Position numbers and translations under genes: made by a program. 64,000 nt of DNA from Thalia democratica (taxonomy: Eukaryota), in NCBI GenBank assembly GCA_965202585.1, contig OZ241832.1:36394001-36458000 (forward strand), given 5' to 3'. Below, one piece after another: positions 25,001 to 36,531 of this stretch. The notes under the pieces are model-generated. The model ran no database searches, was not told where the DNA came from, and worked only from the letters and a program-made list of their open reading frames with translations. How positions within the stretch are numbered: the first letter of the stretch is position 1; every line of letters begins with the position of its first letter.

Positions 25001-28000
25001 TAGCGTTCGTTTGATTACTCAAAATCGCTTAATGCCTTTAAATAGAACGCGAGCTACTTTCGAACGACGTTTCATCTGAAATATTATCTAAATAAACAAC
25101 AGCCTTAAAACGTTTTCCGTCCTTTCAAGTTTACAGTAGATACCGACTTTTCATTATACAAAAGTATGCGATCTTCCGCTTTCAAGCGAGCGCCCAGATC
25201 AAAGGCTGTTGACCGCTCGATTAAAAACATCGACTGTTGATAGTTGCGTTACGTCATAATGGATCGCGTTCGAAAAATGTATAAGACTTGGAAGGAACAA
25301 CATTTTTTCATGTTTGAATTACTACGGTGGAAAATCGTTCTCACGGACAATATGTTATCGTTGTTATCGTCTTTGCAGAATGTATTTAAGCAAATCCTTA
25401 AATTGTCGCATGGCGAATTGCATAATCCCCCGTTTTACCCACATCATCGCTCGCCGACCCAGTCTCAATTATCCCAACATTAGAGCCCAATTACTGGAAC
25501 ATTAAAGTATTTGCAAAGCTAATTATAATCGGATTCTTTCGTTTATGTTCGCGCTTTCTATTAAACCTCGCTTTTATGTTTGGCAACTTAAACGTTTAAG
25601 GTTTAATGGGAGTTTAATTTAAACTTTAAAAAATGTTATATTAGAAAGTTATTGAACTCAATTGCCTCGTTATTTTAATGAATAAAGTTTAAAAGCTTAC
25701 ACTTTAACACAAGTGATAAAAAAATTTCAGCACTTTTTTTTGTTGCAGTTAAGTTTTTATTTAGCATTTTAAAACCTTAAAATTTTTGGCTCGATGCTAT
25801 GAAACCTTAACACAATATAAAACACAACAAACAGCAATATGACATCATAAACACTTACTTTTGCACGCGTTACCCTCCTCGTACCACCCCTTCATGCACC
25901 TTCGCACGCATATGGATCCCTGCAGCATGGTGCCTCCGGGGCAGCTCGTGCACTTTCCGTAGCCCTGTCCGTCGCACGTGGCGCACGACGAGTGGCAGGT
26001 CACCGGCTGGCAAACTGGGCAGCAGTCGTCTGTCGCAAAAAAAAAGATGATTAGCAAAAAACTAAATGTCGTTAGCACAGGCGACACAATTGTCACCAGC
26101 TTTAAATTCTAATCGGCTCCAATCAGTTGGCATTGACTGCAAATGGCTTGTGCGGGTGCTAATGACGAAGTTGCGGCCACAATAACTGGTAGTGTGGCGG
26201 CGTGGCGTTCCGGCGACTTTGCATTGTTGTAAACTCAATTATGACGAAATAAGTGTGCGGATGACGGGCGGTAAATGGAGTTGAAAAGAAGGGCAGATAA
26301 AAAGGGGTCGCAAAAACAAACTGCTTGTCTGAAAACTGCTCTAAAAGCTGAAAAAAGTGATGGGCAGAAGCCAATGACAGCCGACCATCGCGTGTAATCC
26401 ATCACGCAATTCTATAAATCATTCATATTTTTTGCTTTCATTTCAGGTTGGCAAGTTTGAAGAGATTTATTATTGTTTGACTACGCATTTAACTTTGAAA
26501 ACTTTTAAAAATTTCGTTTTTTTTATTACTTTTTCCACAAGCAGTACATTTTAATAGATCATATTTTATAAATTCTTAAACATTTACTTATAAAACTTTT
26601 GATAGAATATTTGAATTATTAATGCCATGTTTCGCACAACAACACTAAATGTTTATGTTAGACAAAACTCTAAGTATTTTCGTAACTAAACGTTTTATGC
26701 GATTGTTAAAGTCAAGTTTAACTTGTTAGCACTTAGAAAATACACACGAAACAAGCGCTTTCATCTCGTGCTGGGTGTTTATACAGAGTCGCCAGAACAT
26801 CAAACATTAAAAGATTAAACTTCAAAGTATCCGCAAAAGTGTGTGATAATCACGTTTGCCCGCAATATCTGGGAAAACTCTAATTCAAAGGCAGCCAAAA
26901 GTTTGCATTTGGTTTATCAATATTTGATCGTCATAGCGATACGATTATGAGCTCGCTTAAAATTTACACAGCCAAGTACAAGTTCTTGCTCAAATGCTAT
27001 TAATTATTTATATTAAGTTTTTAAAAGCTAAGAATACGGTTTTAAAAGTCTTTTTTTTTTTTTTATAAAATAAATTTAATTTTTCTAGTTGCTTTATCTA
27101 CTTGAAATTTTTATAATTTATATCTTTAAAAAATTAAACAAACCTTGCAAGTAAACAGCGGTGGTGTTGCTAGGGCAACTGGTGCACTCGCTCTTGAAGC
27201 ACTGCGTAACTCCCCGGATGCACTGGCAAGTTTCGCACGCCCCCCTCGTCCACTGGTCCCCGTCCCTGTACACCAGACCGTTGCCAAGGCGACAGTGGAC
27301 GTGAACGGGAACGCAAGCCGGGCAGCAAGAAGTCGCCACGAGGGTCTCGTTCTTTGAAAAAAAAAATTGTCATTACCATAGAACAATAGGAACAAATATT
27401 TAAATTTACCGGATCTAATCGCATTTTGTAATATGTGAATATTAGACAAGGAAAAGCTCATAATGGCCTTATTGCATTAGTTAAAGTGCGCTTTTATTGC
27501 TTTGCGATAGCGCGGCGGCTAAAGCAGCAAGCTAACTAGTTAATTTATTATTTCATATACAAACTCGATACTGTTCAGGATATCACCTTTGTAGTGGTAT
27601 TACCAGCAGTTTAAGGCGAATTTCAGCCGAACAGTGGACACGGTTGTCACTAGAATTTGTCTCGCTGCATAGCTCACGCACATATGGCGAGCATTAACGC
27701 CGCAAAGTACACACCAGCAGCCCAAATTATCAGTAATTTGAAGCAATTTGACATAGAAATTGTCTCGCACGTATCTCCGATTTAATCAATGAGATCTTTT
27801 TATGAATGCACAACAATGTAGTGCTTAACGGTGGTCTTAAAGTTTTAGTTAAAGTTATTTGAGCTACCGAACATATTTTAAACGCTCTGGTACGTTGGAA
27901 AAACCTACTTATACTAGTTATAATATCTGGTAAAGTATATTAATTCAAAAAGCAAAATAAATTTAAATTGTACTTTTTGTGTCCTGTTTTGCTTTAAAAG

Positions 28001-31000
28001 TAGTAAACTCACCCAGTTACAAGTCACTGGAGTGCACTGCAAGTCCCTGCTTGTGACCATTCCGTTCCTGCACATCTTAGCCTCGCAACTGTCGCTCGTC
28101 CACATCTCGTTATTGTTGCGCTGCTCGCCTCCCACACTACAGCTACCTGCGATAAAAATCAAATGTCACCAGCTGCCAAAAAGTTCATCTGTTTTTTTAA
28201 CTTAACTTTACATTGAGCATGCTTTTTTTTTTGAAAGGACAGCGAAATAATAAAAACATGGTAAGTGGCTGTGCTTTTCTCTGCGTCTAGTGTCGAAACA
28301 GGTGCGCACTTTCGAAAAGGACAACGAGCTGCCTTTTATCACGTGTAAGAGTAAATGGGGATTATACATTCCGCGTAACATGTAGTTTGCCGTACTGTTT
28401 GTGCACATAGACATGTAGGCTTAAACCCGAACAACTGCTGCATTGTCAGGTGTGCTCGAGAAACAAAGAATTTATTCAAAATTATTTATGATCTTAAGTA
28501 TTGTGATATTTATTTTGAGAATCAAAGCTTTAAAAAACAAAAAGAAAACAAAAGACGAAATACCTGTGTTTGACACGCAGGACTTGCAACACTTCCCTTC
28601 GACTTGCCGAGGAGATTGGCCTGGCGGGCAGCTGAGGTGAGGGCAAGTCTCCTCTTTGCACAGCAGTTCACCCGATTTACATACGCATTTTTCACAGGAA
28701 CTTTTTTGTACTACGCTTCCGGATGGTACTAGTTGGCCCTTTTTAAAAAGACAAAATAAAATAAAAACATTTATAATATCTTTTGCAACAAGTTTCTGGT
28801 ACCTTAAACATTGAGATTGTATAAAAACAGTTTTGTAAACATTTTAAAAAGTTTAAAATGAATAATTTAAACAAGTTTTAGAAAAAAAAACTATGTAAAT
28901 TCAATTCAAATTGTTTATTTTATTTTAACACTTTTTCTAATTAACAATTTCTACAAAGAATAGTCTATAAACTTGCTCAAAACCAATAAGAAAAATCTGA
29001 CAACAACCTCATGTATACAAGCAGCTTGGGTGCAAGTGGGGCAACAGTGACCTTCCAACAACGTGGGCTGTTCTCCCATTGGGCACACAACTTTTTCACA
29101 AGTAGGAGCCATGAGCAAAATTTCTCCTAAATTAATTAAAAAGTTTAAAAAAATATTTTGTTCAGCTAAGCTTAGAGAAACCACCCACTTTTTATCAATA
29201 ATCTATCAACTTATCTATTTTGCGATTAATAAAAAAAAAATTATCTTGAAAAAGTAAACCAAATTAAAACTTGTCAACTAGATTTAAAACCAATAAACAC
29301 GCTGACCTTTCGAGCAGACCACCCTCTCGCACGGCATGGTGGATACAATTTGACCATCTATCAGTGTCGTTCCCTTGAACTGACAGGTTTCTGTTGAAAA
29401 CAGAAAATGTTTTAATCAAAACACACGTGTCACAGATGTGTGGCATTATATAAAAAAGCGGCTTTGGTATTGTTTTGCTGTGTGCAGCAAAAACTGCTTT
29501 GTTGTTTCGAAATGTTATTTTAAAATGTTGTTTGTTGCGAAAGTCACACGTTGTTTGTAAGCAAAACAGCCACCTGTTTTTAAAGTTCAACATGTGACCT
29601 TAGCTTCTTTTGTACATCAAAAATCAACAAAAAGCATTTTAATAAAAAAAATTTGCAAGTTTGAAATGTGCTACAACTTTAAAACCTTTTTTCTTTAATT
29701 ACTAAAACAAGTATCGCACCTGTTTTCTTGGCGCAAACAGGACAGCAAGAAGAACTGTGATTGGTCAAAACTTCGTCGGGCTGACACGTGACTGTATCAC
29801 AATCCAATCGCCTGCATTCAACAACGCCGTCGTGACATTGACATTTAGAACAATTATCGTCATAAATCGCTCCGTGCTGTTAAGGCAAGAACAATAGATA
29901 AATATGAAAAAAAATCACAAAAAAAACATTTAGTACTAAATTAAAAACTAAGTTTAAACGTTTTTTAAAAAGCATTAGAGATATTTAACTATTCCAAAAC
30001 ACCTAGATTACAGATTTAGCATTTGGTTAAACTATTTATCAGACATTGCTTTATAGTTGAATTTTACAAATACTACGATTATCTAATTCAAAGCAAAATC
30101 CTGTTAAAACGTTGTGGTGAAAGATAAAATGAACGCCAAATAGTACGGTGTTTACCACTCTGCTGTATTGTGGTAACTTTAAACCTCGTTTAATTTTTTA
30201 GCTTAAAGTAATACTTTAATTCATAAAAAGTATAAAACTCAAGTTTTAACAAACAATTTTGAAAAACTATGAAACCCGAATACATAAAACGTGCTGGAAA
30301 AACGCTAAAAACTTATGTAAATTTTATCTTTACATAACATATTTTAAGTATCATTGTAATAAAAAAAATACTTATAAAACACAATCGTAAGAAGAAACTA
30401 AACAGCATACAGACGTATTTACAATTCCCCTGGGTAAACTGCAACTTTTTATTAACTCTTGTTTGAACTTGGATTTAAACATATTTATGTCTAGCTTTAA
30501 CGCTTTGTTCCGTGAAAACTGTCTCGCATAGCGTGTAATAGCGATATTTTATGTTGTTTAAAAATATTTTAAAACTCAACTTAACATACTTTTTAACAAT
30601 TGGAAATATTCATTAAAAGGGTCAAACAGAAACAATCTTGAAAATTGCTGCAGTTTTAAGCCGAGGTTATGCAAAGTTGTGCTAATAACTTTGCCGCCCC
30701 CCTTCGAAAGCGAAGCAAAATAAAAACATCAAAATGTAGCAAAGTTCGCATTTTGAAAGCTTTAAACGGCGTTTTGCATGCGATGCGCATGGCTTAAGGC
30801 GCAGTTGAAAAGGCGAAATGAAAGCGAATTAGAGGTCGGTTTACAAGTGGTAATTTGCGAAACAAGTTCAACGTTAACTCACTGCAGCTACTCTGCCGTC
30901 CGTTCTCCGGCAGCTCCTCGTTCGGTGTTCGGAAGTCGAAGGCACGCAGACAGGGCAGCAGGAATTCGGCTGCAGCGCCAGCGACTCGTCCTGCAAAAAC

Positions 31001-34000
31001 AAAAGCAACTGTTACAGCATGAAAGGCGAGATTAGAATCTAAAGTAAACGGCTGAAAGGTCGGAAACGAAGGTTTAATGATTTGAACGCGCATGAAGCGC
31101 TGGCATTGTCCCGGCGCGAATGTGATACAGATGCGAGATTAATTGGTTTTGCATGTATGTATATGGTAAAAAGGCACATTTGTGTTTCCGCACCGCGGCC
31201 TTAAAAGCTTTCCACGGACAACAGTTGCTTTTGGGCTTGTTTGCTAAAAAATTTTAAGTTGATCACTTTGTGAAAACGCTGATTATCCGTAACTATTATG
31301 GCCTAATCCCCTGCAGGTTGAAATACTGTGAGTTTCATTGTTGAGGTGCTATCTGCGCCTTTTATCAATCACACTGCTTCAGACTAATTAGTATTAAAAC
31401 CTGAAATTAAAAGAATGGAACAAATAAAACACAGCACTTTATGAAAAAACAATAGGATTAGTATTCTGGCAAGTATTATGATAAGTTGCTAAAGTTGAAC
31501 TTTTACCTAAATGTTTTCTGAACACTTGACAAAAGCGTCTTTTTTATTTAAAATTTATCAAAAGTCTTATTCAATTTTTATAAACCAATACCAACTAATG
31601 TATCATGCTTAAGTTTAAACACTAATTACTGTTTCAAAATTAAAACAAAAAAAAAACGTACCTGCGTGCAGTCGGGAAAATAACACTTCTCAGCCTGGCA
31701 CGTCGTTATTCCATCTGAACACTCGCAGTCGGTGCACGAGTCCAGTTTCCAAGCGAAGCCGCTCTGCAAAACGAAAACAAATGCGTTAATCAGCTTTTCC
31801 CTCGCAAGCACTCGAAATCCACATCAATCAAGTCGGCTTGATTGCAAAAGGGAAGTTGGAGATAGCGAGCGGGCGCAGTGGCGGTGGGTTTCGTTATCTG
31901 CCAGTATCAAAGCGCGCTGCTGTAACAAACAATCAGTGCTGATAAGGCCTGACGTGATTGACTGGTGGCAACCCACTTTTGTAGCGAGCAGGTAAAAGAA
32001 AGAACGGGTTGTTTCTGTTTTTCTTATCAAAAAGAGTTTTATTGTTTTATTAAATTTTTGAACGCTTCAATACGCTTTGAGAAAACTCAATGTGTATTTG
32101 TTATTTTTTCTTACACAAGTTGTATGTATCAAAAAGCATAATCACAAAAAAAATCGATTGTAGCACTTATAGGAGCTCTAACAAAACCAGATAGTTGGTT
32201 TTTCAACGCTAACACGAAGCAGGTAGCAGCGCAGCAGCGGAGGGTGGGAGATACGAGACACAAGGGTTCCGGTTTGCGGCTGGCTTTTCATGCTGGCTGT
32301 AACACAAGAGACTACAAGCTTGCTGATTGCATCTGTGTGGATTGCATCGCAACAACTTCCCCTTTTCAGGTACTTTTCGGGCCAGTTAACGGCATTAGCA
32401 GGTTTTCAATATCCTCGCCGTTTCGTTATTGGAACCGCGCTTGCCAGATTAACTTTCGCTAATTCTCGAGCTTGTTTTTTATTTTTGAACGATTAAAAAC
32501 CAAATTAGTTTAGTGTATCTCTTTTAACTAGCGAAATTTGTTTTCAGCTTAACTGTTTCTATTTTAAAGTGCGAGACTGTTGCCAAGGGCATTATCGGAC
32601 TAATGTTTTTGCTGGTACGCTCATGTTTATTTGTTTGTTTTGCAATAATCAATCTCATCGCCAACAATGGTTTATTTTGTCTGCGCGCCGTAACTTCGCT
32701 TGAAAGCCGCCCGATACTTGTGTATGTTACATTCAGCTGTTGTGCCGGTGTTTTTGTTTTGTCTAAATATTCTCTTCCTGCTTAATACATGCAAATTCAA
32801 CAACATCATTTTTGCTTGTTCCTGAAATCAAAGCAGTAGACTTGCAGACATATTTGCATTTGAATTAAACTTTCTAGACGTTTTGGTTCTAATCTTGCTT
32901 GCCAGTCGCAAATTTTTAATGTTTGTTTAAGCCATTGACAAACTTTGACAGATATTCAGAAATTCGTTATTGGTAATTGCTCTCTTACTACTTAGGCAGA
33001 AAGAATCAAAACTAGCAAGTGTTGACTTACAGATACTAGACAAATCTGTCAACAGATAAAAATCAATAGCAACTTATCTTTATAATTCGAATAAAACCAT
33101 CGAGAAATGATAACAAAATTAATAAAGGTGGTTTCAGTTCTTTGGAAGATAAAAGGCTGTTTTTTTCTATTAGCAGCCTTTACGATAGCACAAATGGTTA
33201 GAAATTATCAAGTAAACAGGCGTATTATGTCGGTAACACGCTGACACCCTCGGGCGACTAACTTCGTCGTGAGCTTCTAAACTTGCCTTTTAGTCGGCTC
33301 TGGCAGATCAAAAATCTCAGCCGGTAAAAAGGGTGAAATGCTAGCAGAGCGTAAACTCAAATCTGAAAATTTCTCACTGTGCGGTCGCTACAAAAAAAAA
33401 GCCTCTTGCTTTCAGACCTCGTTACTTGCGAACGTTGACGGAAAAAGATTATGAGAGCCGTTTGAAGTGACTCGCAGAGCCTTTGTGTTTTCCGCCACTC
33501 GAAAGTTGTTGTAAACCTCTTATAAAAGTGAAAATATGAGAGTATCCAATTTCACAACTCACTTCCCCTCGGTAAGTATCAATTTCAGCGCTATTTTATC
33601 GGTTTGATGCCAGTTTTCATCCGCTCTGAAAGTTTCCTTGAAACTTTGTTTTGCTTTTTCCGCTTCTCAAAGCCCATTGCTGGCCATTAGCGCGTGTCGC
33701 CTTTGACAGATTGTACTAAAAACAAAAGCTCGATTTTCGAGCAAAAGCTTTTTCCGGGCTGAACGCTAGCGGCTAATGATAGCTAAAACAATAGGCTTTT
33801 TATACTTGCTGCACTTTGATAAAACTTTCAAGACGCGACACTGGGCTACTGTTCTTTCCATTTCTTTGTTTTTGTTTATCTTTTCGCCTTGCACAACCTT
33901 CAAGTGCACGAAAGTAGCGGTCGGTGTCACTGCGCAAACAAATTGTCACAAGCAAGAAAAGAAGTATGGCAAACGCACGAACGGGTGGCAAGAAATTTTT

Positions 34001-36072
34001 AAGAATGCGCGGACGATTTGCTGTAACGCGTGTAAGAGGAGGCGTTTTCCGTTTCGCGCAAAACATAAATAAACAAAACCGAACAAAAATCGGCGATCCG
34101 GCTGACAAAAGGCCTGCCTTAAGCACCGGTTTTTGTATTTTTTTAACTATTACGGAAACGAAAGCCGCTAACTGCTTTGTTTGTTTACGTCACACTCGGT
34201 TGTTACGGATTATCGCCGGTTACTAAGAACCGACTAGACCGAGCGGCAGCTAGTTTTATGGTTGAAAAGTGCTTTTTGCAGCCTCAACAAAAAACGCCAT
34301 TGACGCGATCCCCCCGCCCGCATGCAATCAAGGCGGTGAAAGTGAATGTTGAACGTTTGTTTGGTCGCTGGTGCGTGAAGCCTTTACTAAGGAGTTGCAC
34401 AACTAGATACAGCTAATTTGTTAACTTTAAATATTTGCTCTGTGCGTTTTTAGCTGCACGCGCTCAGCCAATTTATTTTAATCGACCACTTGAAAGTTTG
34501 CCTTTCGGTTATTTTAGTCTTGAAGCTTAAACAAAAGTTTTGCAATATTTGTTTTCAAGTAATTAATTTTAATTAGTTATTTGTCTTAATGAAAAGAGTT
34601 TTGTAAACTTCGTTTGTAATGAAAGCAATTTTTAAACAAACATTTGTGCTTAAGTTAGTCTTAAGTATTATTTTCCATAAATACATTGTAACATTTTTAA
34701 CCAACACTTAAGTACTAAATAATATTTATGGCAAAGTTTTGATACGCAGTTGATTTACTAAAAATAAAACATCAAACTTTCAAAACCTCACAGTCAATAG
34801 ATACATCCAAATAATCTAAACCTTTTTTCCACTTAAAAATTTTATAAAAAACACTTTATTCGAAATTACCGTAGGTTCAGAATAAATAATTTAAATAAAC
34901 ATTTTAAACGTTTATTTGTTCAAGCTCTAAGTTTAGTCATATAATACTTTAATTTAGGAATTTACTTTTATGAATAATTCAAACGAAGGTCAAGTGTTTT
35001 AAAAATTATTCATGCCTTACTAAGTTAAAGTTGTTAAATAATGCTCAAAACGTGGTGAACTTAAAAACCTCGTAAAATAAAAACGAAAACTATTTCATAT
35101 TTTCATTACAAACGACTTTTCTTTCATTAAAATCTTTATAAAAAGCTTAACTGTTTGTGGATTGATTTCAATTGTAATGGATGTCAGAAAATGTATTTAG
35201 ATAAAAAATTTAAACTGGTATTAAAAAGATGTAAAAAACTTCAAAAGTAGCCTTTGGTTTGCTCTCTAATCCGTGACCACAAAACCTGGATTACAGTTTT
35301 TTGTGTATCTTAGGTTTAATACAGTTTTTTCATTAGACCAACGTTTAATAACATTTTATTTGACACTGCCTACTAGAAACTTTTTATCAAAACAATTCAG
35401 CTAAAACTTTTCGTTGGTTTGCTTTCAACAAAACTAAAAATTCAGGAGTTTTTCACCAATGTTTTACAACTTATTAAGCTCGGCTAATTAATCAAATAGG
35501 CTAATTTGATGAAAGCGACGAATGTTGGTACCAATTAGCCGGCTTTGTAGCTACTGAATAAGTAACACCCTGGCATGCTAAGCGGCGAACTGCCATAGCC
35601 GCTTGTTATTTTTAAAAGTGACGTGACTAACAGGTAACAATTTACATATTGTACTTGTTCGCTGACAACTTTAGTGAACGCTGACAAAAAGGTTCGAATT
35701 GTTTAGAACTTGATTTATTTTTCTTTAGTAAAAACTTTTTATAAATGTTTAACTTACTTCAAAGTATGTTCCATTGACTAGACAACTGCCTTCGCCTAAA
35801 ACAATTATAATTTTTTTACAACATGAAGCATGTTCAAGAATAAGCTTTACAAGTAATCAAAAGTTTCATTTAAAATAAAAACTAAAAAAGTGTTATACTT
35901 TTAAAATGTTTTTGTCTTAACTTTTGTTTATCAAATATATAATACTTTTTTTCTTACCAATTTGGCTATTAGCTTCGGATGGTATCGTTACAAGTGCAAC
36001 CGAAAGCATCAGTAAAAAACTTTTTAATTTCCAAACAGCAGCATTAGTAGTACAGCTGTTGATTCTTGCCAT
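516..36072 (-). CDS. FRAS1: FRAS1 (Fraser extracellular matrix complex subunit 1) orthologue, 49 coding exons, 3'-truncated by the window edge
   Basis: Phase-consistent GT-AG exon chain (5' to 3'): 35958-36072, 35758-35795, 31662-31763, 30883-30990, 29720-29876, 29307-29390, 29008-29126, 28564-28738, 28013-28146, 27144-27351, 25859-26029, 24774-24908, 24289-24426, 23962-24102, 23238-23384, 21608-21772, 21195-21445, 20527-20692, 19779-19937, 18951-19094, 18687-18800, 17642-17800, 16273-16361, 15862-16032, 14556-14764, 13793-13946, 13299-13460, 13050-13228, 12689-12887, 11459-11682, 11175-11333, 10292-10491, 8987-9141, 8604-8714, 8072-8212, 7198-7313, 6805-6967, 5786-5918, 5491-5669, 4520-4691, 3915-3970, 3199-3336, 3003-3123, 2716-2904, 2466-2609, 1301-1435, 1107-1231, 771-911, 516-667 (7247 nt, no internal stop). 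Order signal peptide - VWC x6 - furin-like repeats - CSPG repeats is the FRAS1 architecture (FREM1/2 lack the VWC/furin block). Further CSPG, Calx-beta and TM regions are expected left of position 1. Confidence 0.95.
13009..13028. repeat. (TA)n microsatellite
   Basis: Short TA run; similar runs near 38555-38571 and 57321-57339. Confidence 0.7.
16273..26029 (-). other. FRAS1: FRAS1 furin-like cysteine-rich repeat block (about 13-14 units)
   Basis: Repeats such as CHSSCATC, CGEGCASC, CQKNCEQC, CHPSCATC, CHASCSSC, CHRSCRSC, CDTTCEAC, CPDNCESC, CPRNCASC, CDWSCMKC, CSDANCQQC, CPQNCLQC, mostly on symmetric phase 1-1 exons. Confidence 0.9.
25859..35795 (-). other. FRAS1: FRAS1 VWC (VWFC) x6 block
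   Basis: Six modules mostly with a CxxCxC-type core and each ending in a CCxxC motif (QPNSCCPVC, SSSCCPVC, EGHCCPTC, EGKCCKSC, ATSCCPAC, DDCCPVC). Confidence 0.9.
35958..36072 (-). other. FRAS1: FRAS1 first coding exon, signal peptide MARINSCTTNAAVWKLKSFLLMLSVALVTIPSEANSQI
   Basis: ATG at 36072, basic-hydrophobic-small residue pattern, strong donor G|gtaaga at 35957, phase 1 matches the 38-nt exon 2 (GEGSCLVNGTYFE), which joins in frame to the first VWC exon. Confidence 0.85.
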
Positions 36073-36401
36073 TGCTTTTCTATTCAGTTCCTCAAGAAAA
36101 ATAAACAGGGAATACTAAAATAATTGGACTTTTTGGTTAAACTCGAACCAATGTTAAAGAAAATTTATCTTCTTGTCAAATCACAGCACTAAAATAAAAA
36201 GTCCATAAAACCATTCTCTATACAAGTATCTGTAAGTTTTGAATTAATAAAAGTACTACTTAAATTTATGGTTATAGTTGCAACTTATTATACTTTCAAA
36301 AGGTGTTTGCGAAACAAAACTTGTTCGGTAAAACCCATTCAAACTGTCTCAGTTTTACAGCAAAATATTTTTCATGATAAAAGCAAACCAAAAGGAGCTG
36401 T

Positions 36402-36521
36402 GTTGAAACGGTGATGAGAGGTGTAGTAGATTAGCCGGCCAGCTTTCCATAAAAGCGTCAGACAGACAATGAGCGTTGTGAGCGTCGTGTTTCAACTGCA
36501 CCTCTACCATCACATTTCAAC
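36402..36521. repeat. Imperfect ~30-bp inverted repeat with ~60-nt spacer
   Basis: gttgaaacggtgatgagaggtgtagtaga (36402-36430) versus reverse complement of 36491-36521 (gttgaaatgtgatggtagaggtgcagttgaa). Confidence 0.75.
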
Positions 36522-36531
36522 CTCTTTTATG
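36494..36531 (-). promoter_or_regulatory. Candidate FRAS1 core promoter (TATA-like CATAAAAG plus Inr-like GCAGTT about 33 nt downstream)
   Basis: Minus strand CATAAAAG at 36531-36524 and GCAGTT at 36499-36494, about 430 nt upstream of the ATG. Motif match only. Confidence 0.3.

Noticed and set aside
33776-34416. Cluster of 79-108 aa ORFs in FRAS1 intron 2
   Set aside because: No recognisable motif or codon bias; locally higher GC explains the scarcity of stops; more likely regulatory DNA.
35688-35700. GGTTCGAAT resembling a tRNA T-loop
   Set aside because: No flanking stems or cloverleaf; no tRNA, rRNA or snRNA gene recognised anywhere in the window.
36402-36521. Pre-miRNA interpretation of the inverted repeat
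   Set aside because: The roughly 60-nt loop is too long and I recognise no mature miRNA; kept only as a promoter-associated repeat.
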